Shown here in pieces: positions 50,860 to 61,681 of a stretch of DNA of 64,000 nucleotides. The stretch lies in contig CM119386.1 of assembly GCA_051294905.1 (NCBI GenBank), forward strand, positions 19,344,001-19,408,000, in the 5' to 3' direction. A program made the position numbers and the translations under genes. The first letter of the stretch is position 1. The number at the start of each line of letters is the position of its first letter. The notes under the pieces were generated by a model, which was not told the DNA's origin, ran no database searches, and saw only the letters and a program-made list of their open reading frames with translations. Origin of the DNA: Botryllus schlosseri (lineage: Eukaryota).

Positions 50860-53256
50860 GTAGGAAGCATAGTTTCTCTGCATGCTCACCCAGCTAAACT
50901 CGTCCTGCAAGGGTAAATCTGTCATATATCGCCCTTTGCGTCGTCGATTTCTTGAGATTGAGAACACGGAGCATTGAATTTCCGAAATTTTTGATTTTTT
51001 TTTTAAAGATAAAATATCGGCCGCGATATCGGCCTTCATAGGCCGATATCGATATTCGGGAAAGCTCCGAATATAGGCCTCGACAATCGGCCATGTCGAT
51101 AATCGGTCGACCTCTAATAATTATGCCATAATTGTGTAACTACTTTCCAATAAGCGTGTTGTATGAGCCTGCGGACGATTACCATCCGATATAGCCGACG
51201 TATACGATATGGGATGGTTGGAAACCGCAAAATAGTCGGTTCCACAGCTATAGTACGTAGATATTTCATCAAAGGAGCTATATTTACCCTATATTTTCAA
51301 TTGTCAATGTCAATCTATTATGACGTCACAATCGAATATTCCTGACTTCGTGGCATGAAAAAAAAATACAATAAAAATCATTTTTTAAACAAGGGCCTTG
51401 TTTTAAAAATGTTTGTTTTGAATTCATACTTGTTTTAAATGCAACCCTGGTTACCTCTCCAATACCGATTCAGAGGCGCGATGAACTCTACTCGTAAAAG
51501 CGGTTATTTAGCGCACTGTGTCGGATACCGCGCGTAATAGGTTATTGATCATGATTTGTATCGCTGATGAGTGACGTAGTGCCGATATTGAGATCACAAG
51601 TACAAGTAAAATACGATTTATAATTACCTATATGCAGGTGCAACGCTGGACGGGTCTAACAATGTTGCCATATGCAATCAGTGCATTCAGCAATAACAGC
51701 GAAACTCCGCGTTGAGTAGAAATGCCTAAGTTCTCGATTGCCAATATCGCATTTTAGCAAGAGTAAATTGCGTGCATTCGATAACACTTGCGATGCAAAA
51801 CCAAAATAGCACGCTAGTCACTCGGCGAAGGAATTTTTTATGGTCTGCTGAACCATAACATAACTGCAGTAGGTACAGGTCACTATTGACATTTCGAGAT
51901 TTCAGCAAAGAGGGAGTCAAGTTTACCAGCATGAGAGCGGCGATGCATCATCCAGTACTGGGAAGAATAGGTTTTGTCCTAGCTTGGTTAACCGTTTTCA
52001 ATACTAGAGCACAGGAGTTTTCAAGTTCACGAGAGCAGGTACTATATAAAGGTTTCTTGAAATAATGTTTGTTCTGGTATAGCTTAAACAATTTTGTGTT
52101 GTTCTAGTTTTTTTTTTAGAACAGAGGTACTCAAACTAGAGGTAACGTAATTGATTTTTGGGACCGCAGCGAGTATACCAATTTCACACCGAATACTACT
52201 ATGGATGTAATGACGGTCCGACTTGGAGACTTTGCATACATTCCATACAGTGATAATTACAGCCAGTAAAATGGTTCCCGAATCCCTATACTTTAGAGTT
52301 ATATAACGGAGAAGCAGGTTTTCCATGTGTCGTCGTCACGGAATCACCTTCAACTTTCTTTGTATCGTTGAGTAGTTTTAAGGCCGGCGCAACGATTAAG
52401 TAATCGAAACCGAATCAAGTATCAATTTTGATGATTCGAGTCGGCTACAGTGACAGTCGATGTTTTTGAGTAGCGACATGATACGCACGATGACACAAAT
52501 AATTATTTTATCAACGGTATAATAATTGTTTCGATAATTCCTTCCCATCGTGCCAACATCCAAATTTCGCTTCGCATAGTGTTATATCGTTAAAAAATAC
52601 ACTAGAAGGCTACGCATGTTTATGGTAACTATAATACATTCCCGTGATATATCAATCGATCTGCTGTATAGCATTGTCACAGTGATGCGCAATGTCATGG
52701 TTAGTATTAACAAACCTGAAATCATATTGATTAAGTGTAACTGGCATTATTGATTTCGATATCGCGCGAAAGGTACTGGAAGAATTCCGTATACCTAGAT
52801 ATCAGAGTTGAGTGTCGCAATGCAACTATACAGCACCAACTATCGTTGTTTGTTTTATTAAAAAGCACGGATAACAATAAAAGAAATCACGAAGCCTGGG
52901 TTTTTAATGATTTAAAATAGGGTAGCAAAACGGAAAAAATGACGTGTTTCGGGCTCGGGTTTACGAGAGTTGAGAACAACTCATGTCACCAGGATTAATC
53001 AACGACTGCAATGATGCACATCAGACATCACAAACCATCGATTCTTTCAAATAACGCCTGAAATGGCTGGACGAGTGGACAATGCTCAATGGGTGTGCAA
53101 CTAATGGGTGTTGTTGTTGTTGTTGCATTGAATTGTGGTGCTCGGCAGCAATGGCCTTGTGGCCGATTATTTTTGTATTATACAATTTAATGTCCCTTCC
53201 GGTCAGCATACTCATGAGTGTATGTATCCGTACATCACGGGTGGTGAAATGAGGGG

Positions 53257-53533
53257 TTGTTTGTTGTTCGCGGTATTCATGGTGTTTGTCGACTACTATG
53301 GTCATTTACACCAGGCCGATATTTTTGATTTTTATTCCGTAACTGCCGACTTATAGCACGGTCCACTTCTAGGCTTGTTGTACGACACTGCTTACGCGGA
53401 TGAGATGGCGAGGAGGAGCCTAGATAAACCTCCAACACTTAGGTAAGGGAATTCGGAAGTCGACCTCGGTCGGACTCGAACCCGCAACCCATTGGTGTTG
53501 CAGCCGCGGATTATGCCACTGCGCTATCTCGCC
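53257..53533 (-). mobile_element. Full-length tRNA-derived SINE (~277 bp)
   Basis: A-box TAGCGCAGTGG, B-box GGTTCGAGTCC, AAC-rich tail; 20-bp TSD ACGGGTGGTGAAAT(G/C)AGGGG (53237-53256, 53534-53553). Confidence 0.88.
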
Positions 53534-53712
53534 ACGGGTGGTGAAATCAGGGGTGAAATCCTGGGTTTTAAATGATATAAAATAGGATAGTGAAACTGCG
53601 AAAAAGGCGTATCGTGCTCGTGTTTGCGAGTGTTGAACTATGATACGGAGAAACACTCGTATGATCAACGACTGCAATGATGCGTATCGGATATCACAAA
53701 CAATCGATACCT

Positions 53713-53940
53713 ATATATTCTTTCAAATGACGCCTGACATGGCCGGGCCAGTGGACAATGGACAATGGACATGCAATGTAATTGTAGGCAGACTTGGACA
53801 AATAATTAATTATAATAAATACATTAATATATTCTTTCAAATGACGCCTGACATGGCCGGACCAGTGGACAATGGACAATGGACATGCAATGTAATTGTA
53901 GGCAGACTTGGACAAATAATTAGGTATAATAAATAAATTA
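53713..53940. repeat. 114-bp near-perfect tandem duplication
   Basis: Two units starting 53713 and 53827; a diverged relative lies at about 52997-53100. Confidence 0.9.
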
Positions 53941-54345
53941 AAATTATAATTGTAGTAAGACTAATTAGACTATTTCGAGGAGAAATACCGAAAACCTGCT
54001 TCTAATCTAATTTGTGAAATGTTTCTATGCTCCAATTTTAATTCGCATCTAATTTCTGGATTTCCTGGAACTGCTACGGAACTGTCGCAGTGCGAGAGGA
54101 GGCAAGATTGATGTTCAGACATTTGTCATTCTCTTATGAGGATAATTCTGATTTGATATGAACTGAACTGTAATTTTTTTCAACTTCTTTGTAAATCGGA
54201 ATTTAATCTGCAAGTTTTTGAGGATTCAGTAATTCTGATGTTAATTCAACTTAAAACTGTGTTTAATCACAGTTATAATCTAATTTGAACAAGGTGAAGA
54301 TGGAGGCGCCTTGCTTTCATTCAATATTTTTATTCATTTACACAG

Positions 54346-57300
54346 CGATGCCATTACCGGGATACAAGCTATGGCATTGGTCAACGTTTTGTACTCAACC
54401 GGGAAAGTAAAGTCTTCCAATGTACGTGTGCGGTCGGAGCACAAATACGTTGCACTTGGAGTCCCACTAGTGAGTATGACTGCTGGTGATTTTCAAAATA
54501 CAAAAACATACAAGGAGATAATTAAGTCGCTGCTTAATTAAGCCTCGCCGAGCACAAAATGCTACGACAGAGTAACGCGAACATGGAAACCACCGGGATC
54601 GTCATGGGAGCGAATCCGAAACGGGAGAACTCTTGACTGTTCATGCATTAGAGGATCATCTGGCATGCAAGTCTCTTGCAGCGATGAAAGTATGCTAACA
54701 GGGTATATCATGAAGCCGACTACATATCATGTTTTAAGAAAACATCCGATTTTCCAGATAGATGTCACCATAAAGGAATTTCACACAGAGCGGGGACGCA
54801 ATTTGAGACAACTAGTGACTCCGGAAGGCATATGAATTGTGAGTGCCTGCAAGGAAAGAAACTTACTTGCACATATCGTGGTTAGTATACACATACATGG
54901 TTATTCTTAACAGAATATTTTATGTCGGCACTTCATAGTTCAGAAGTCTCAGATGTCTGACATTATTATCGACCAAAGAAGGGACGTGTCCAATCTTAGC
55001 TATCTGTAGTGTCACTCCGGTCAGTAGGCTGCTCAAGTATAGGCCTTACCCGAGCATAAGCAATAAGCGTAAAGTGTAGCGCAGGCGTCGCCAACTCGAG
55101 GGCCACAAAATTCGTAGAGGTATCGAGAGAACGTATAAGCCACGCAGTTTCACAACCACGTTTTTATAACTTTACGTCTGTACAACGCTGTGCTCTCTTA
55201 CATGGGCGACGGGCATAGCACCACAAAAGTAATAATATTTTATTATTGAAACACAAATGCAACAAAAAAATATCATAATCATCACTTTCATTCTATTGCG
55301 AACTATGATATGCGTGCGATACCTGGCAACACTTTTCAGCGACTACAAAAATCGATATTGGGTTTAGATAGACACGGTACTTGCTGAAAAACTATCTCAT
55401 CGTAAAGCTTGGTCTTTTCAATTTCAGCATTTCAAAATGCTTTACTAAGCGTTTTGCCGAATATGAACTCGCGGGCAGCGTGTTGGTAACCCCTGGCGTA
55501 GCGTAGCGATTCGCAAGACATGCCAAAACTACTTCAAGTGGCGGTAAAAATGGAGGTCTGGCATGTTGGCTACTTGGGTATTTTTAAAACGGAGATTTTG
55601 TGGAGGGATTACACACTTTTAGCACTTTATCCGATGTATCTACATTTTACTTTCTGAATTGCAATATGTATCTTCACGACCAACGCAGACCGGCTATAAT
55701 GACTCTACAAATATGTGCGATTTCCGAAAATAAGTTCAGTTACCGCGACGCAGAGGCCAAAATTGCCAAAATGTTATAACAAGTCCCTTTGTCAAAACAT
55801 TGAACCTTGTCAGCTACTAGTCAGCGTAAATTTGTCCAACCCATTTTCGCTGTAGAGATGTTAACACCATCTGCACAATGCACACGAAGTTTATGATTCG
55901 ATTACAAGCTTGGATGATACCATGTCTTTGTCTAAATATTCAGCACCCAGTCATTTCAAGGAACAAGCGAACGTTTGATCGTTTCAGTCAGCAATGTATG
56001 AAAACGACCTCCACTATATTATATATAGAGACCGTGCCCGCCCCAGCGACAAATTCGCCAAGAAGAGAAGACTATGTATTACGCGAGCCACAAGTTCTTC
56101 ACCCACAAATTTGGACCCTACAAGCTTGCAGGACAGGAGAAAAGGTATTTCAGGCCCATATTGAGTTGTATTCGGTTACCGACAGTATTTATCGAATTCA
56201 TCAAGGTTGTGACGAACGGGGCAGTCTGGAATCAGACTAACACGGATGCTTTCGGTGTGAAAATGCTCGAGGAATGCACCTGTGAGAATGCTATCGTTAA
56301 GTGCAAGCGGCTGCGTGTTGTAGATCGAATCGGTGAGCCTGTAGCTGAGTTGCTTTGTATGATATACCAATGCATTTAGCGTTATGCGTGAAGGCACATG
56401 GCTTGATTGCGTATGCAAATGTAGGCTACATAAAGGTTGATAATCTTTTCGACCAACATGGAATATTCGTCCGCGCAGTTCCCACCCGACGCCTATGTTT
56501 TTTCATGTTTAAGATCTCTAAATATTTTCGAAATAACATGTAGCCTGAGCATGAAAACCACTTATTGAACCAGAAATAGAAGACGGACATGTTAATAAAC
56601 CATCGATGTATACTCTGTATCTGTATATTTTTGCAGTTGCATGATATAATATGGTGCTGGTCGGATAAACGGGAAATCGTTTGTTTCCGTAAGACGCGAT
56701 GTTACGGATTCGTAGCGAGCACAGATTTCTGCTCTCAATAAGGCTACAATACTATGTGCGGTTTCAAAACGGCATTTTCCGCGACCACGGTATACGCTAC
56801 GGAGATAACTTCACCCATAAACTTGTTTTAAGTCCATTCATATACCCGAACGGATCAATTTGAAGCCATTGCAAAAGAACTCATTCGAGTACATGTAGAT
56901 TTGCATTTAAAACAAAAATCCATTTACAAAATATGCTTCAAACATGACCCTTGTTTAAAACATGTTTCTTTAGCCATGGCATCACGAATATTCAATTCTG
57001 ACGCCATAGTAGTTTGGTATCCTTTAGCGAAAAAAAAAGTATATTTGACCAGGACTGCATCGTCATGCAGCATTTTTACGGTCGGCGGTGATCATTATCA
57101 GAACATCCATTCCACCCTAGTTACTATGTGCTATAGTGCTACATAATCATTGAACCGCGGATGATTCCGAGAATTCTAACCATTCCATATCGTAATATCG
57201 TATGCATCGAAAATATCTGGCGCAATCGGCCCTACGCTAATACTAGATATTTGTTCAAAGGCATTAAAACAAAGTTTTTTTTAAACACCTCTTGTTGCGA

Positions 57301-59945
57301 CAGACTTTACATGTATTTGGAGAAAAGGCTAGTCTGCTACTGACTACGGATCACTGATCTTTGTTTCTTGCGCGAATAATATGTTACCACATCACTTGAT
57401 GCTGATGTCTTGATTTCGAGTAATAGTACTTGAATCCCATAAGGAACTGTGACTACACGAATCTCATTTATGATTGTGATCACTTCTAGATAGGTCGTCA
57501 TTTATGTTTCATATATTTCCATAACGCAGAGCCACATTGCACATCACTGGATGGACGACTTCGCCTCGTTGGTAAACGTTGGATTCGAAGACGCGAGCGC
57601 TATCCGCACCAAGAATACATATGCGAATGTTACGCGCACGAAAAATCTCGATGCAGAAGAACTCGTGGTAAGCAGAGCGACGGTTATCTCCATTCACTCA
57701 AAGCAGATTGCTGACATGCGATAATATTTACAATATTTATGTATGATATAAGTGGTACGGTTGAGAAAAATGTGATGACAGATCAGAGTCGATCCGAATA
57801 CCCCATGTCCTCATTCGAATCGAATAAAATTGAATTCAGCAGAGTTGGAGTAATTGTTATTGGCGTTAATTCTCGCAATAGCATCTTCATTACATTCGCG
57901 ATTGCAAAATCGGTAAAGCGTTTTGTCGTGAAATGTAATAAAAACGAACTACAATCGATATTCCAGGATATGTGAACTGTCCAGAGTAGGTAACGCTTGG
58001 ACCAAAGTGTTGAGTGAGCAAAAGATTCGCTGTTTGTTTGGAATTAGTATTGTGACGCCGAGTGAAGTAGCAGTTTCGAGTTCACGTTGGTGTTCACGGC
58101 AAACCGTTCATTTAAGTTAGGGTTACCATATTTGGGAATCGGGAAAGGAGGACACCTATACCAAAACAGCTGCTCTTGCTACTTTTGCTGGAATTTTGTT
58201 TCGATTTTCAACAAACCTGTTCATTATCCTAGCTGTAAAAGTGGTAAAGGAGGAATAATTGCCAAAAAGGCGGACATTTTCAAAATCCTGAAAAGGGAGC
58301 ACAAATCCTCCCAAAGGAGGACGTCTGGTAACCCTATTTATGTTCATGTTCAAGCGAACCAGAAACTGTCAGGGGCACTGGTCCCTCTAAGCTGCGCCCG
58401 TGCGCAATTACGCAGTGCTGATACAGTCTCTGAACACAGAAATCTAAGGTGCGCACAAGGAGGCCGAAGTGATGACTTTTTTTAGTCGTTACGCACTATG
58501 CTGTCCAATGAACCGAGTAGTGAGTTGGTGAGTGCGCGCACACTCGTAAAAAATTATAGGGAACATTGGTCAGGGTTTCGCACCATCCCTAACGTCAGTC
58601 AGTACAAAAAATGGATAATTGTTATTGTAGTTCCATACTGTTTGGATGATGTTGCCGGCGAAGTACGTACGGCTGGTGACCAGTGGAAAAGAGTCCATGA
58701 AACAGTTGAAAATTTGGTTTTTCAATGTACTTGCAATGATGACAGAAGCATCACTTGTAAAGATATAGGTGAATATCGTATTTTAAAAGAACATAATAAT
58801 TTAATTGATATGGTTTCAATATTCAGGAAAGTGTAGCGAGCCGCCATCTCCTGTCAATGGTGCTATTCTTTGTGCCAATATTGGGATAGCTGGCGGAGAT
58901 CATGTGGTGTATTGTAAACCGATGTGTCTTGCGGTATGTTAATCATTCTTCCTACGGTATTGTGAGTTGCAACACCCCCTTCATTCGTCTGCCAGGATTA
59001 TGAATTCATCAATCCAGAGAGATATTTTCGGATTTGGGAAGCATGCGGACCGATGAATCTACACCGATGGAGCGGCGGTTTCCTGGGAGATCCAGATGCA
59101 ATCGCGAGATGCAAAGGTATAAAATGAAGTTACCGTTCGTAATGAAAACCCCGCATTACGACGTATTAAACTATTGTATATCTCTCCATGGTAAGTACAA
59201 TACGCCTATACAGTTTTGCTTTTGTAACGATCAAACAATATCGCGACGTTATTTACAGTCAAAACCTATATTTGTAGATCAAATATTATAATAATAGCAT
59301 CTGAGTTCGTGATATGCATGCCATTAGTTGTTAGTAAGGGCGCGAAAGTGTCTATTGATAGGACAAGACCTTTGTGAAACATAGCCTGTTGGACCGGATT
59401 TTTTGACCAAGATAGATGATTCCCACCCTTTACTTACGGGAATATGAATGCGTTGCAAGCATCAACTATATTTTCGTGATGCTATTATATAATGTAGAGT
59501 CCATTTTCAAATCCGCACCAATGTTTAGCAATATATAGCCGCCAACTATTTATTCGCACCTAATAGGACAGTAGGATAGCCTGGACTGTTATATTGTTAT
59601 GATTAGCCGGGGAGATAGCATAGTGCCGGTGAGAACCGCCGCCATCTACGTGGCGGTCCGGGTTCAAGTTCCGCCGTCGTAGGTTATTCTGGGCTCCTCG
59701 TATGCCGTGTCACTGTTCTTACGGCGACATAAAAGCTCAGAAAAATGACCCGATAAAGAAAGAAAGAGCAAGAAAAAGCTTCTAAAAAATTACCGAATAA
59801 GAAAGATTAACATCGAAAAAGACTGTGACATCGGGCACTATAGGTTGATGAGGATGCCAGTTTAAGAGACTACAACTTGTCCTGCATCCCCCTCATCTGT
59901 TCATTACATCGCATTGTGTATTGTATATTGCATGGTAAATTGTGT

Positions 59946-59987
<42 letters not shown>

Positions 59988-60458
59988 ATGTGTGTGTCTT
60001 GGGCAGATGTAAATATAATCTGACAATTATTACGATTATTTTTATTACCAATATAATTCATTAACAATCGCATTTGAAGGTGAGTCACAAATAACAAATA
60101 ATAATCATTATCCTACTACATTATAAATGACGATTGGATACAGCCGTCATCTGCATTGTATTTTATATATGCCCGATTCTCTTTTGCAGCACGAAGCACG
60201 GGAAATCGTCGAGGCCATTCGAATCTTTACCTTCCCACAAACGATTGTTCTGGGATGAGTAACCTTGAAATAGAGCAGGTCGGTTTCCAATGGTTTAGTA
60301 TTTGAAAAAAAAATCTTACACATATAATGCTGATAATATTCAAACGCATACACGTATGTTTGCAGCAAAAGGATCTCTTTCTTCGTCAGTTGCAGTTTCG
60401 CAACCTGTGCAGCCGCAAATGCCAGATCACTGTTTTCAAATGCGGTGCGGTGGAATAA
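54346..60458 (+). CDS. 5'-incomplete gene: at least 6 fibronectin type I-like modules, a Sushi/CCP-like module and a Cys-containing C-terminal segment (440 aa recovered)
   Basis: Exons 54346-54469, 54543-54689, 54758-54880, 56029-56144, 56206-56332, 57530-57667, 58631-58768, 58827-58933, 58996-59116, 60190-60278, 60366-60458 total 1323 nt, GT-AG, phases consistent, no internal stop. Each module has 4 Cys (C..G..W/F..CxC..C), e.g. CYDRVTRTWKPPGSSWERIRNGRTLDCSCIRGSSGMQVSC. Confidence 0.8.
55082..55495. mobile_element. hAT MITE (intronic)
   Basis: TIRs CAGGCGTCGCCAAC / GTTGGTAACCCCTG; TSD GTGTAGCG / GCGTAGCG. Confidence 0.8.
58118..58336. mobile_element. hAT MITE, TAGGGTTACCA family (intronic)
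   Basis: TIRs TAGGGTTACCA / TGGTAACCCTA; imperfect flanking duplication TTTAAGT / TTTATGT. Confidence 0.8.
59609..59780 (+). mobile_element. tRNA-derived SINE-like element (second family) or tRNA pseudogene
   Basis: A-box-like TAGCATAGTGCCGG, B-box-like GGGTTCAAGTTCC, purine-rich tail. Confidence 0.55.
59941..59984. repeat. (GT)n microsatellite
   Basis: Direct reading. Confidence 0.95.
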
Positions 60459-61681
60459 AAGAGGCAGCGATTGTAAAAGCATATATGTGCCCTGGTCTGA
60501 GTTCACAGGCTTATATATATACTGCATGTGTACTTCCCGCGCGGGTTAAATTCGACTACGTCGATTTTAATCAATTACAATTATGGAAGTTAACGATTGT
60601 CCAGTCCATCCCTCTGTATTTTCTCACGGGTGGTAAGCGATGTTATTGAAACATGCTGGGTTGTATGTACGATGCTAAACAGTTGTAATTCAATGGATTG
60701 TTGCCAAATTCTTCAAATTAAGTAATCAATTCACTCTAAATATAAATAAATATATATATATTGGTTGTAGATGACTGCTTACATTTTTATGTAAGGGTAT
60801 TTTCACGGGACAGATGACGCCGAATACTGTCGCACCGGCCCCTTCTTATTGCGTATGCTTCAGACATGAATCCGTGAAAGACAACTCCCACTAGGGGCAC
60901 AACACTCGATATTGAACATATGTCTCCTGCAATCATATACCCAATGCTGCCATAAAGTCCTTATGAAACTACATTGTTGTTATTTCTAAAATGGTAATAT
61001 GCCGATCAGAGGTAATCAAGTAAGTTTTTTTTAAATCTAACGGGTTGCATTCAAAGTGATCGGTCATGAATCAATGTCATGAGTCAAAGTTAGCAGCTGG
61101 CCAGTAGATGGGTTTAAGTGGATATTAATTACTCTTGGGGTTTTCATATACCATTATTCTTTATAACATTTACCATATTTGATTGTCTTAATCATACAAA
61201 TTGATTTTACTCCTTATATGTTCAAAATTCGACCGTATACTTTTGACTCAAGTCCTATCCCGGTCGAAGTCGAGCTTATTTTGTCTTGTTTCCTACCATT
61301 AGAAAAACTATTTTATCGCTCTTGTATCAGCATCGTAGCTCGAATTTTCCAACAGGATAGAACACGTTGTAGGCATTTGGTGCCACATTCACCGAGATTT
61401 GCCGTGATCCCAATAACGTCCGAAAAGACCTCGTATAACGTTCAGTAGAAACACTGAGCATAAGCATAAGCACCGAGAGCTCTGTGATTTCACAAATCGT
61501 AACGCACCCCAGACTGATTTGTATACAAATAGCAGGGATATCTAGATATCCCTGACAAATAGTGAAGGGTGATTGGAAATCGGTTGAACCGTGTTCTAGC
61601 TGGGCTTCCAAACAGGTCACAGAGGTTAATACGAGGGCACTGGGCATTCATCAAATAGGCTACTCCTGCGGATGTTGTGTC

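Larger units (their letters stand above)
47704..51116. mobile_element. hAT element (TAGAGGTCGACC TIRs, CCGATA repeats), nested level 2
   Basis: Perfect TSD ATAATTAT. Confidence 0.9.
44866..51449. mobile_element. TAGGGTTGCATTT-family hAT MITE expanded to 6.6 kb by nested insertions
   Basis: TIRs TAGGGGTGCATTT / AAATGCAACCCTG; perfect TSD GTTACCTC (44858-44865, 51450-51457). Confidence 0.88.

Noticed and set aside
53640-53936. 98-aa ORF with a 38-aa repeat
   Set aside because: It is a by-product of the 114-bp tandem duplication, with no splice or domain support.
58498-58836. 112-aa ORF as a stand-alone gene
   Set aside because: Only 58631-58768 is an exon of the FN1-repeat gene; the rest is MITE and intron.
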